A DNA stretch of 56,510 nt from Candidatus Omnitrophota bacterium (GTDB taxonomy: Bacteria > Omnitrophota > Gorgyraeia > Zapsychrales > JAHFFX01): assembly GCA_023247755.1 (NCBI GenBank), contig JAHFFX010000001.1, forward strand, positions 1 to 56,510, written 5' to 3'. Position numbers and translations under genes: made by a program. A model generated the notes under the pieces. It was not told where the DNA came from. It saw nothing but the letters and a program-made list of their open reading frames with translations, and did not search any database. Within the stretch, counting starts at the first letter, position 1. Each line of letters opens with the position of its first letter. Of this stretch, positions 19,055-28,131 are shown one piece after another.

Positions 19055-21257
19055 ATTTTTTATGCCACGCCAGGACCAGCGGCGACGCGATGAAAATGGT
19101 CGAATACGCGCCGCAGGTGAACCCGATCAAGAGCGTCAGGGCGAACGTGTTGAGGACCTCTCCCCCGAAGAGGAACAGCGCGATGACCGACAAAAGCGTG
19201 ACCCCGGTCGTGAGGATGGTCCGCCCCAGCGTCTGGTTGATGCTGAGGTTAATGACCTCGGCAAGATCGTTCTTCCTGGATTTTGCAAGGTTCTCCCGCA
19301 CCCGGTCATAGGTGACGATGGTGTCGCTGATGGAATAACCGGCGATGGTCATGAGCGCGGTGACGACCAGCAGATCGATCTGCCTTCCCAGCATGACGGT
19401 GACGCCGGCCGCCATGAACACGTCATGCAACAGCGCGATGACACCGGCGGTGGCGAAGTCGAAATGCTTGAAACGGAACCCGATGTAAATGAGGATCCCG
19501 GCCAGGGAAAGCGCGATCGCCCACATGGCCCGACTGCGCAGGTTCTGTCCCACCACGGGGCCCACCTTCTCGATGCGCAGGATCTCAAATGGGTTGTCGG
19601 CCAGCTTGGTCTTGAAGACTTCCGTTACCTTATTGAAGGTATCCTCCCCGGTGCGCAGGATCACGATGTCCGGCGTTTTTTCGAACTGCTGGATGATCAC
19701 ATCCTTGATGTCGGCTTCCTTAAGATACTGTCTGAGCGTTTCATCCTCGATCGGTTTCTGGAACTTGTATTCCTGGATCTGCCCTCCCGAGAAATCGATC
19801 CCGTAAGCGGCTTCTTTTTTGCTGACGATGGTGTAAAGGCTCGCGATGGTCAGCGCGATCGAGATCGCGAAGAAAAAGTAGCGTTTGGAAATGAAATCGA
19901 TCTTGGTGCTCGTGAAGAAGTGCAGCATCTTCATCGATTTGACCATCTTGAAATGGAGCAGCAGCTCCTTGATCGTTTTTGTGACGGTGATGGACGTGAA
20001 CAGGCTCGTGAGGATGCCGATGGCCAGGGTCACGGCGAACCCCTTGATCGGCCCGGAGCCGAAATTGTAAAGGATGAAGGAGGCGATCAAGGACGTGATG
20101 TGCGAATCGAAAATGGCGGAGAAGGCCCGGTTGAAGCCGGTGTTCACCGCCGCGTGCAGTGGCCTGCCGATCTCCAGCTCTTCCCGGATGCGTTCGTTGA
20201 TAAGGACGTTGGCGTCCACCGCCATACCGATGGTGAGGATGATGCCCGCGATGCCCGGCAGGGTCAGGGTCATCTGGGCGGCCGGGAGCATGGCGTTGAG
20301 GAATCCCATGGTCCCGAAGATCATCAACAAGTTAATGGCCAGGGCGATATCGGCGATGACCCCCGACAGGAGATAATAGATGGCCATGAAGATAAAGATG
20401 GCGACGGCCGCAATGAGCGTGGCGTGGATGCCGGCGGCGATTGAATCCTGTCCCAAAAGCGGGCCGATGGTGCGTTCCTCTTCAACGGTCATGGGAGCGG
20501 GTAAGGACCCGGAGCGCAATGCCAGGGACAGCAGAGAAGCTTCATCAATGCTGAACATGCCGGAGATCTCGGCGTTGCCGCTGAGGATGGCTTCCCGGAT
20601 ATTGGGAGCGGAAAGGACTTCACCATCCAGAAGGATCGCCAGGCGATGGCCGACGTTCTTTTGCGTCAGTTCACCGAAGATCCGGCTTCCTTCGGAATTG
20701 AAGCTTAAGGAAATTTTGGGTTCGCCGAAGCCTCGGGTATCGAAATCCACCCGTGCGTCCTTGACCAGTTCCCCGCTCAACGCGACCTTCTCATCGATCA
20801 GGACGGGTTCGTTCTGTTCTTTTTTAACATTTTTCAGAGCATATCCGAGCGGGACCTGGCCGGCGATTGCTTTTTTGACCTGGTCGGGGTCGGAATTGAC
20901 CAGGTGAAATTCGAGCTGGGCCACCTTGCCGATCATGGCGAGCGCCCTTTCCCGGTCGGTGATTCCCGGAAGCTGCACGATGATCTCATCGGTCCCCTGC
21001 CTTTGCAAGAGCGTTTCCCCCACTCCTAGGCCGTCGATGCGGTTGCGCAAAATTTCCATGGCCCGCAGGACCGCGTCATTGCGCTGGTTCTCGGCCACCT
21101 TTTCGGTCTGGACCCTCAGGACGAGGTGCATGCCTCCTTTTAGGTCGAGGCCCAGGTTGATATGTTTCTCGATGGGGAACGTGAAATACAATGAGGCGAG
21201 GCAGACCCCAAGGATGATGAAGATTCTGGTTCTGAGATTTTTATTCATGTCGGTCAT
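19053..21257 (-). CDS. secDF: protein translocase subunit SecD-SecF fusion
   Basis: 734 aa. The N-terminal half is SecD-like (LGLDLKGGMHLVLRV) and the C-terminal half is SecF-like (GIDFSGGQIQEYKF). 12 TM segments are expected. Confidence 0.95.
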   Translation of the reverse strand: MTDMNKNLRTRIFIILGVCLASLYFTFPIEKHINLGLDLKGGMHLVLRVQTEKVAENQRNDAVLRAMEILRNRIDGLGVGETLLQRQGTDEIIVQLPGITDRERALAMIGKVAQLEFHLVNSDPDQVKKAIAGQVPLGYALKNVKKEQNEPVLIDEKVALSGELVKDARVDFDTRGFGEPKISLSFNSEGSRIFGELTQKNVGHRLAILLDGEVLSAPNIREAILSGNAEISGMFSIDEASLLSLALRSGSLPAPMTVEEERTIGPLLGQDSIAAGIHATLIAAVAIFIFMAIYYLLSGVIADIALAINLLMIFGTMGFLNAMLPAAQMTLTLPGIAGIILTIGMAVDANVLINERIREELEIGRPLHAAVNTGFNRAFSAIFDSHITSLIASFILYNFGSGPIKGFAVTLAIGILTSLFTSITVTKTIKELLLHFKMVKSMKMLHFFTSTKIDFISKRYFFFAISIALTIASLYTIVSKKEAAYGIDFSGGQIQEYKFQKPIEDETLRQYLKEADIKDVIIQQFEKTPDIVILRTGEDTFNKVTEVFKTKLADNPFEILRIEKVGPVVGQNLRSRAMWAIALSLAGILIYIGFRFKHFDFATAGVIALLHDVFMAAGVTVMLGRQIDLLVVTALMTIAGYSISDTIVTYDRVRENLAKSRKNDLAEVINLSINQTLGRTILTTGVTLLSVIALFLFGGEVLNTFALTLLIGFTCGAYSTIFIASPLVLAWHKK

Positions 21258-21265
21258 TCCTTCGG

Positions 21266-21547
21266 TTAAGCGGCTTTGGTGACGCTGGCGACCGCGTCCT
21301 TGTTGATCTCCATCCGGGCGTTGTCATCGATGCGGATGATCAGGGTCGTGTCCTTGACGTTGACGACGGTGCCGTGAATGCCGGCGGCGGTCACCACCTG
21401 GTCGTTCTTCTTGACGCTCTCCAGCAGCTCCTTCTGTTTCTTCTGCTGTTCCTTCTGCGGCTTGATCAGGAGGAAATAAAAGATCATAAAGATCGCGATT
21501 GGCGGGATCAGGTGCACGATCGGATTTGCGGCTTGGTCGGGAGACAT
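21266..21547 (-). CDS. yajC: preprotein translocase subunit YajC
   Basis: Start refined to MSPDQAANPIVHLIPPIAIFMIFYFLLIKPQKEQQKK... (ATG at 21547, with AAGGA upstream). One TM segment plus the YajC motif RPQ/KPQ..K and GGI.G.V. The 5' extension in the ORF track crosses a repeat array and is rejected. Confidence 0.88.
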   Translation of the reverse strand: MSPDQAANPIVHLIPPIAIFMIFYFLLIKPQKEQQKKQKELLESVKKNDQVVTAAGIHGTVVNVKDTTLIIRIDDNARMEINKDAVASVTKAA

Positions 21548-21567
21548 GGGGGTATCCTTTCTTATCC

Positions 21568-21690
21568 GTGAGACGTCTGACGTCCGCTCACTGCGTTCGC
21601 TGGGACGTGGGACGTAAAAAAATTCTACGTCCAACGTCCTACGTCCGAGTGACCCGCCAACGGCAGGGGAACGAACGTCCAACGTTCTTC
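21568..21690. promoter_or_regulatory. array of nine ACGT-core motifs (mostly ACGTCC/GGACGT) in the rpsP-yajC intergenic region
   Basis: gagACGTCtgACGTCCgc ... gGGACGTgGGACGTaaaaaaattctACGTCCaACGTCCtACGTCCga ... gaACGTCCaACGTTc. Several mutually exclusive hairpins are possible. Confidence 0.6.
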
Positions 21691-21692
21691 AG

Positions 21693-21935
21693 TTATTTGC
21701 TCTTCTTCAACAAGCTGCGCACCGTATCGCTGAGGGTGGCGCCCTTTTTGACCCACGCGGCGATCTTTTCTTTGTTCAAGCCGAGCGACGCCGGTTTCTT
21801 GGACGGATCGTAATAGCCCAGAATGTCGAGGCTTCTCGTGTCCCGGGCCGCTTTTTTGCTGATGACCACGATGCGGTAATTATAGCTTTTGTTGGCGACC
21901 TTCCCTGCTTTTTGCAATCTGATACAGACTTCCAT
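21693..21935 (-). CDS. rpsP: 30S ribosomal protein S16
   Basis: 80 aa with MEVCIRLQKAGKVANKSYNYRIVVISKKAARDTRSLDILGYYDP, the S16 signature. Confidence 0.93.
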   Translation of the reverse strand: MEVCIRLQKAGKVANKSYNYRIVVISKKAARDTRSLDILGYYDPSKKPASLGLNKEKIAAWVKKGATLSDTVRSLLKKSK

Positions 21936-21972
21936 GAGTGTTCCTTTCGTTACTTTTGTTGTGTTCGATGGT

Positions 21973-23478
21973 CTACTTTTTTATATCCCGATGGGCCATC
22001 TCAATGGCCTTGATCTGCGCCTTGGCCTTATTGACCGTTTCCTGGAACTCTTTGGCCGGATGGGAGTCGGCCACGATCCCCGCGCCGGCCTGGACGTAAG
22101 CGGTCTTCCCTTCGATCACGATGGTGCGGATCGTGATGCAGGTGTCGAGGTTCCCCGAAAAGCTGAGGTAGCCGATCGCCCCCGCGTACGGCCCGCGCTT
22201 GACGTTCTCCAGTTCATCGATGATCTCCATGGCGCGGATCTTGGGCGCGCCCGAGACCGTTCCCGCCGGAAATGCGGCCTGCAGAACATCCAGGGAATCT
22301 TTTCCGAGCTTCAATCTGCCCTGGACGTTGGAAACGATGTGCATGACGTGGGAATAACGTTCGATGAGCATGAACTCGGAGATCTTCACGCTCCCCCGTT
22401 CGCAGACCCGGCCTAGGTCGTTGCGGCCCAGGTCCACCAGCATGATGTGCTCCGCCTTTTCCTTGGGGTCATTGAGAAGTTCCTTGGCGAGCGCGGCGTC
22501 CTCCGATTCGTTCTTGCCGCGCCGGCGCGTTCCGGCGATGGGGCGGGTCTCGGCCAGGCCGTCCTCGCAGCGGACCAGCAGTTCCGGCGAAGAACCGACG
22601 ATGTGCAGGCCGTTGAGGTTCAAATAATACATATAGGGTGAAGGGTTGAGCGCGCGCAGGCTCCGGTAAATGTGAATCGGATCGGCCGAAACCCCGACCG
22701 AGAACCGCTGCGAGAGCACCACCTGGATGATATCGCCGGCCTTGATGTGCTTCTTGGCCGCAAGGACGTTGCGGGTGAAATGGGTTTTGGTGACGTTCGA
22801 AACGGGTTGGGGATGTTTGGACTGCTTCGGGGCTTTGGTCGCCGGTAATGACCGTGTGAGCATGGCCATGGTGAGCGCGATCTTGGTGGTGGCCTTGCGA
22901 TAGGCGGCGCGCTTCACCGACTCCGAGGACCCGGGGTCGATCTCGACGCAGGAAACGACCTGGATCTTGTGATTGCGCTGATCGAAGATAATGAGTTCCT
23001 TGGCGAGGATCATGACCAGGTCCGGCAGTTGCAGATCGTCCTTGGGTGCGGCCGGTAGCCGTTCAAAGAACCGCACGACATCATATCCGATGTATCCAAC
23101 GAGGCCGCCGCAGAAACGGGGAAGTCCGGGGACGGGAACAAATTTGTATTTGGACATGATCTGGCGAATGAAATCAAAAGGGGTCGTCCGGATGGTGTGG
23201 CGTTCGGTCTGAGGAACCGGACCGTTGAACTTATGAATGGTGATCGTATTGCCCCGGCTTTCCAGGGCGAACTCCGGGTCCCGGGCCAGGAAGGAGTAAC
23301 GGGCCACCTTCTCCTCCCCTTCGACGGATTCCAGCAAAAAGGAATAGCGCGTTTTATCCACGAGCTTGAAATAGGCGGACACGGGTGTCTCCAGGTCGCC
23401 CAGCACCTCGCGGTAAACGGGGATCAGGTTGCCTTTTTTCGTGAGCTCGAGAAATTCTTTTTCCGAAGGGATGTGCAT
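21973..23478 (-). CDS. trpE: anthranilate synthase component I
   Basis: ~501 aa from MHIPSEKEF (ATG at 23478, 2 nt after the upstream stop; the ORF track start at 23508 is also possible). It has the LLES-x10-S feedback motif (FLLESVEGEEKVARYS) and the chorismate-binding motifs GAIGYLSFSGNLDTCITIRT and GAGIVADS. PabB cannot be fully excluded. Confidence 0.85.
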   Translation of the reverse strand: MHIPSEKEFLELTKKGNLIPVYREVLGDLETPVSAYFKLVDKTRYSFLLESVEGEEKVARYSFLARDPEFALESRGNTITIHKFNGPVPQTERHTIRTTPFDFIRQIMSKYKFVPVPGLPRFCGGLVGYIGYDVVRFFERLPAAPKDDLQLPDLVMILAKELIIFDQRNHKIQVVSCVEIDPGSSESVKRAAYRKATTKIALTMAMLTRSLPATKAPKQSKHPQPVSNVTKTHFTRNVLAAKKHIKAGDIIQVVLSQRFSVGVSADPIHIYRSLRALNPSPYMYYLNLNGLHIVGSSPELLVRCEDGLAETRPIAGTRRRGKNESEDAALAKELLNDPKEKAEHIMLVDLGRNDLGRVCERGSVKISEFMLIERYSHVMHIVSNVQGRLKLGKDSLDVLQAAFPAGTVSGAPKIRAMEIIDELENVKRGPYAGAIGYLSFSGNLDTCITIRTIVIEGKTAYVQAGAGIVADSHPAKEFQETVNKAKAQIKAIEMAHRDIKK

Positions 23479-23480
23479 CG

Positions 23481-23831
23481 TTATTTTCTTAATGGATGAT
23501 GAACGCACTCATCAATGATATTTAAGGATTGCCAATGTCCAAGCATTCCGGTCCGCGTATCAGAAGAATAAAATGGGCCAAATTCATCCCAGATCCTTTT
23601 TATCCTGACCCGACAATCCGCACTATCTGGGGCGCGATTGAGTACGGCAAGTACGTAAGAAGCCAATGCTTCCTGGTATTTCTTCTCTTTCTCCAAAGAC
23701 AGGCCTTTTTCATGCTTTTTCTGCCCCATTCTGGGAGCAATGTATTTATGTTGGACCAACAGGAATGCTATGAACAGAAGGTCCTTCAAAAACCACAAGT
23801 ATTCTAATTTTGGGTTTGCGGTGTCGGACAT
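23481..23831 (-). CDS. hypothetical small membrane protein (no recognisable family)
   Basis: 116 aa with one hydrophobic helix (YLWFLKDLLFIAFLLV). It is tightly packed between hisI and trpE and visibly lower in GC than its neighbours. Confidence 0.5.
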   Translation of the reverse strand: MSDTANPKLEYLWFLKDLLFIAFLLVQHKYIAPRMGQKKHEKGLSLEKEKKYQEALASYVLAVLNRAPDSADCRVRIKRIWDEFGPFYSSDTRTGMLGHWQSLNIIDECVHHPLRK

Positions 23832-23840
23832 GCTGTCGTT

Positions 23841-24194
23841 TCAGGCCTTTATTTTTCGATAAAAACAGCTCCCTTTCATCGTGTGACAGGCCGAACCGAT
23901 CTGGCGTACCTTGATGAGGAGCGTGTCACAATCGCAGTCGTAACGAATCTCCTTCGGGAACTGGAAATGGCCCGAGGTCTCCCCCTTCACCCAATACTTC
24001 TGCCGGGAGCGCGACCAGTAGGTGACCTTGCCGGTCTTGATGGTTTGCTTGATCGACTCGAGGTTCATGTAGGCCAGCATCAGGACCGCTTTGGTCTTGT
24101 AGTCCTGGATGATCGCCGGGATGAGCTCCTGGTCGTTGAACTTGAGCTTGGTGAGCGTTTTGGGCGTTAAGATGATCTTCTCTTCCGGTTTCAT
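23841..24194 (-). CDS. hisI: phosphoribosyl-AMP cyclohydrolase
   Basis: 117 aa with [40 protein letters not shown] and DCDCDTLL. Confidence 0.93.
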   Translation of the reverse strand: MKPEEKIILTPKTLTKLKFNDQELIPAIIQDYKTKAVLMLAYMNLESIKQTIKTGKVTYWSRSRQKYWVKGETSGHFQFPKEIRYDCDCDTLLIKVRQIGSACHTMKGSCFYRKIKA

Positions 24195-24946
24195 ATCCTG
24201 ACCTCGATGGATTTCCTTTTCAAGTGTTCTTTGACCTGGCCGACGGTGAATTCGCCGTAATGAAAGACGGAAGCGGCCAGCGCCGCGTCCGCGCCCGTTT
24301 TTTCGAAAACTTCAGAAAAATGTTCCAGCTTCCCCGCGCCTCCGGAGGCGATGACCGGGATGTTCACGGCGGCGGCAACGGCCTTGGTGAGCGCCAGGTC
24401 ATAGCCGTTCTTGGTGCCGTCGAAATCCATGCTGGTCAAGAGGATCTCTCCGGCGCCGGCGCGCTCGACCGTCCGGGCCCATTCGACGGCGTCTTTGCCC
24501 GTCGGGGTGCGCCCGCCATGCGTGAATACTTCCCAGTGGTCGCCCACTTTCTTGGCGTCGATGGCGACCACGATGCATTGGCTGCCGAAAAGGCGGCTTC
24601 CTTCTTCCACCAGTTTCGGATTTTTGACGGCCGCCGTGTTGATGGAGATCTTGTCGGCGCCGCTTTTCAACAGTTCCCGGATGTCCGCGACCTCCCGGAT
24701 CCCGCCGCCCACCGTCAGCGGCATGAACACTTTTTCCGCCGTCTGCTTGACGACGTTGAGGATGATGGCGCGCTTTTCGTGGCTCGCGGTGATGTCAAGG
24801 AAGACCAGTTCATCCGCCTGCTGCCGGTCGTAGGCCTCCGCGATCTCCACCGGGTCTCCGGCGTCCCGCAGTTTCACGAAATTGACGCCCTTGACCACTC
24901 GGCCATCCTTGACGTCGAGGCAGGGAATTATTCTTTTGGTGAGCAT
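24191..24946 (-). CDS. hisF: imidazole glycerol phosphate synthase cyclase subunit
   Basis: 251 aa with [20 protein letters not shown]... and FLDITAS. Confidence 0.97.
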   Translation of the reverse strand: MLTKRIIPCLDVKDGRVVKGVNFVKLRDAGDPVEIAEAYDRQQADELVFLDITASHEKRAIILNVVKQTAEKVFMPLTVGGGIREVADIRELLKSGADKISINTAAVKNPKLVEEGSRLFGSQCIVVAIDAKKVGDHWEVFTHGGRTPTGKDAVEWARTVERAGAGEILLTSMDFDGTKNGYDLALTKAVAAAVNIPVIASGGAGKLEHFSEVFEKTGADAALAASVFHYGEFTVGQVKEHLKRKSIEVRI

Positions 24947-25659
24947 AATCGAATCGCCTGCCGCAAGTCAAGCTTGTCCTCGTAAATCGCTTTGCCGGTG
25001 ATGATCCCCCAAAGTCCTTTGGGTTCCAGGGCCAGAAGCTTCTGAATATCCTTGATACTGGAAACGCCTCCCGAGGCGATCACCGAAAGGTGAACCGACT
25101 CCAGGATTTCCGTAAGACCTTCCAGGTTCGGGCCGCCGAGCGTCCCGTCGCGGCCGATGTCCGTATAGATGAGGCACTTGAGACCAAGTCCCTTCAATTC
25201 TTTGGCGAATTCGATGGCCCGGACGTTGGAAACTTCCGTCCAGCCGTGATGCGCGACCAGGCCGTCCTTGCAGTCGATGCTCACGATGATCTGGCCTTTC
25301 CATTCGGCCAGCACTTCCTTCAAGAATTCCCGGTTCTCGATCGCTTTGGTCCCCAGAATGACCCGGGAGACCCCCGATGTCAAATACCGCGCCAGGTCGT
25401 ATTTGTTGCGCACCCCTCCCCCCAGTTGCACCGGGATATTGACGGTGGCGGCGATCCTGGTGATGATCTCGAAATTCTTGGCGGTCCCGTGGATCGCCCC
25501 ATCCAGGTCCACCACGTGCAGCAGTTCCGCCCCGTACGACTCCCATTTCTTTGCGATCGCCACGGGATCGTCCGAATAGACCGTGATGTCCTGCTCTTTG
25601 CCGCGCAGCAGGCGCACCACCTTGCCGTCCATGATATCGATGGCCGGAATGACGATCAT
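24928..25659 (-). CDS. hisA: ProFAR isomerase
   Basis: 243 aa with [17 protein letters not shown] and LHVVDLDGA. Confidence 0.95.
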   Translation of the reverse strand: MIVIPAIDIMDGKVVRLLRGKEQDITVYSDDPVAIAKKWESYGAELLHVVDLDGAIHGTAKNFEIITRIAATVNIPVQLGGGVRNKYDLARYLTSGVSRVILGTKAIENREFLKEVLAEWKGQIIVSIDCKDGLVAHHGWTEVSNVRAIEFAKELKGLGLKCLIYTDIGRDGTLGGPNLEGLTEILESVHLSVIASGGVSSIKDIQKLLALEPKGLWGIITGKAIYEDKLDLRQAIRLCSPKE

Positions 25660-26258
25660 GCCAGCTCCGTGAAGTTCTTGAGGACCGCCAACCCCAGGGT
25701 CTGGCTTTTCTCGGGGTGGAACTGCACGCCGAAGAGCTTTTCTTTGGCGACGGCGCAGGCGAATTTGCCGTCGTAATCGGTCGTGGCGGCGGTAACGGCG
25801 CCATCTCCCGGGGCGGCGTAATAGGAGTGGCAGAAATAGAAGTTGCTGGAATCTTTGATCCCCTTAAAAAGGGCACAGTACTTCTGATCGAGCTTGATCT
25901 GGTTCCAGCCCATGTGGGGGATTTTTTTCGAAAACAGTTTCTTCACGGTTCCCTTGAGTATTCCCAAGCCAGGGGCGCCGCCGCTTTCCTCGCCTTTTTC
26001 AAAAAGCAGTTGCATCCCCAGGCAAATTCCCAGAAAAGGTTTCCCGCTGCGGATGACTTCCTTGATGACGGAAACGAGTCCCAGCGATTCCAGTTTCTCC
26101 ATCGCCGGTCCCATGGCGCCGACGCCGGGCAGCACAACCTTGTCCGCTTTCTTGATGTCGGCGGGGTCCTGGGTCACGCGGGCGTCCGCCCCGACCTTCT
26201 CGAAGGCCTTTTGCACGCTGCGCAGGTTGCCGACCCCATAGTCGATGATCGCGATCAT
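25656..26258 (-). CDS. hisH: imidazole glycerol phosphate synthase glutaminase subunit
   Basis: 200 aa with MIAIIDYGVGNLRSV, GICLGMQLL (catalytic Cys) and QFHPEKS. Confidence 0.96.
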   Translation of the reverse strand: MIAIIDYGVGNLRSVQKAFEKVGADARVTQDPADIKKADKVVLPGVGAMGPAMEKLESLGLVSVIKEVIRSGKPFLGICLGMQLLFEKGEESGGAPGLGILKGTVKKLFSKKIPHMGWNQIKLDQKYCALFKGIKDSSNFYFCHSYYAAPGDGAVTAATTDYDGKFACAVAKEKLFGVQFHPEKSQTLGLAVLKNFTELA

Positions 26259-26900
26259 TTAATCGATGAGCCCTTTGGTTGAAGGAACACCCTTGCGTCG
26301 CGGATCGACCTGGGTCGCCTGGTCCATCGCCATGCCCAGCGATTTGAACACCGTTTCCGCGACCGTATGCGTGTCCGGATTGGACCCTCGCGGGATATGA
26401 ACGGTCACGATCAGGTTCGCGCCCAGTTGTTTCGCGAACGATTCCAGGAAGTGTTCCAGGTGCTGAAGGGTGAACCCGTCCTCAGCATCTTTCATGGGGC
26501 TTATGCCCGCTTTGTCCAGGTTCAGCCGCAGGTGCCCCCGTCCGCTGATATCGATGACCGAATGTCCCAGCGTGTCCTCCATGGGCGCAAAACCGGAACC
26601 GAACCTTCGGATGCCCTTTTTATCCTTGAGGGCGTCCTTGAAGGCCTTTCCCAGAACGATGCCGATGTCCTCGTTCGTGTGGTGAATGTCGATGTGGGTG
26701 TCGCCCTTGACATCGAGCGCGAGATCGAAATATCCATGAAAACAGAAAAGGTCGAGCATGTGGCTCAAGAGTCCGATCGGAGTCTTGAGCTTGGTGACGC
26801 CCTTTCCGTCAACGTTGAGCTCTCCTTTGATGACGGTTTCGGAACTTTTTCTTTCGAATCTGGCTTTACGTGTTTTGGCGGCCATATCAATCCTTTCCAT
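26259..26900 (-). CDS. hisB: imidazoleglycerol-phosphate dehydratase
   Basis: 213 aa with ETVIKGELNVDG, GDTHIDIHHTNEDIGI and the HH/E metal motifs. The start may be the internal MAAKT. Confidence 0.95.
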   Translation of the reverse strand: MERIDMAAKTRKARFERKSSETVIKGELNVDGKGVTKLKTPIGLLSHMLDLFCFHGYFDLALDVKGDTHIDIHHTNEDIGIVLGKAFKDALKDKKGIRRFGSGFAPMEDTLGHSVIDISGRGHLRLNLDKAGISPMKDAEDGFTLQHLEHFLESFAKQLGANLIVTVHIPRGSNPDTHTVAETVFKSLGMAMDQATQVDPRRKGVPSTKGLID

Positions 26901-28131
26901 TGAACCGGACCTGCACCGAGGCCGAGTGCTTCGGCAGGCCCTCGATGCCGGCGATTTTATCGAGCGGCTCGCGGATCTTTTCGAGCGCTTTTTTTGAATA
27001 AGCGATCACGTGACTCGTTTTCATGAAATCGGAAAGACACAATCCCGAAAAAAAGCGTGCCGTTCCCAGGGTCGGCAGAACATGGCTCGGCCCCGCCACG
27101 TAATCTCCCACCGCCGTTGGGCTGTAAGGGCCGAGAAAGATCGCCCCGGCGTTGGTGATCTTCTTGGCGATGCTGAGCGGATTATTGGTCAGCACCTGGA
27201 CGTGTTCGGGCGCGATGCGGTTGGTGACCTCCACCGCTTCCTCCATGTTCTTTACAGGAATGCAGTAGCCGCGGCCGTTGAGCACCCGCGCGCGTTTTCT
27301 CACTTGCCGGATAAGTTGTTTCGACGGGCTCACCAGGATGGAAAGCCCTCCCACGTGCTCCATCTGCGCTTCGAGGTCGGCGATGACGAACTCCGGATCG
27401 CTCAAGCGGTTGGCGATGACGACCAGCTCTGTGGGCCCGGCGAGCATGTCGATGTCGACATATCCGAACAACTGGCGTTTGGCTTCGGTGACGTACATGT
27501 TGCCGGGTCCGATGACCTTGTCCACCTTGGGAATGGTCCTGGTGCCCAAGGCGAGGGCCGCGACCGCCTGCGCCCCGCCCACTTTATAAATTTCGTTCAC
27601 CTTAAGAAGGTTCGCCACCGCGAGGATATACGGATTGATGTGCCCGTTCTTATCGGGCGGGGTGGCGATCGCGATGCGCTTGACGCCGGCCACCTTTGCG
27701 GGAATGGCCGTCATGTAAACCGAGGAAACGAGCGGCGCCGTGCCCGCCGGAATATAAATCCCCACGGAATCGAGCGGCAGGATGTTCTCCTTAAGAACGA
27801 TCCCCTCGCCGTCCTTGATGCGGGCGGGTTTCTTCAGTTGTTTGCGGTAGAACGCTTCGACGTTGTTGATGATGAGCTTCAGCGAGCCAACGAAATCGCT
27901 GGTGATGTTCTGGAACGCCCCGCTGATCTCGCTTTCGTCGGCGCGGATCTGCCGCGCCGTCATCTTGCACTTGTCGAAGCGCCGCGTGTATTTGAGAACG
28001 GCGTCATCCCCGCTGTTTTTCACATCGGCGATGATCTGCCGGACCCGTTCTTCCACGTGTTTTTTACGGGAGAAAAGATTCCGGTTGTAAAGTTTTTCGA
28101 TGCCTTTGCCGTCCGGCTTGAGAATTTTCAT
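26887..28131 (-). CDS. hisD: histidinol dehydrogenase
   Basis: 414 aa with GIYIPAGTAPLVSSVYMTAIPAKVAGV, AGPTELVVIA and EAQMEH motifs. Confidence 0.96.
   Translation of the reverse strand: MKILKPDGKGIEKLYNRNLFSRKKHVEERVRQIIADVKNSGDDAVLKYTRRFDKCKMTARQIRADESEISGAFQNITSDFVGSLKLIINNVEAFYRKQLKKPARIKDGEGIVLKENILPLDSVGIYIPAGTAPLVSSVYMTAIPAKVAGVKRIAIATPPDKNGHINPYILAVANLLKVNEIYKVGGAQAVAALALGTRTIPKVDKVIGPGNMYVTEAKRQLFGYVDIDMLAGPTELVVIANRLSDPEFVIADLEAQMEHVGGLSILVSPSKQLIRQVRKRARVLNGRGYCIPVKNMEEAVEVTNRIAPEHVQVLTNNPLSIAKKITNAGAIFLGPYSPTAVGDYVAGPSHVLPTLGTARFFSGLCLSDFMKTSHVIAYSKKALEKIREPLDKIAGIEGLPKHSASVQVRFNGKD

Noticed and set aside
21548-21682. 5' extensions of ORF-track models: yajC (to 21682), htrA (to 32959), exbB/tolQ (to 50344), the small repeat protein (to 56165), pilMN (to 47917), recA (TTG at 33947), the minor pilin (to 38815) and the PilX-like gene (to 48606).
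   Set aside because: In each case an internal start has a Shine-Dalgarno sequence, removes a large overlap with the upstream gene or crossing of a repeat array, and restores a typical N-terminus (signal peptide, prepilin leader, etc.).
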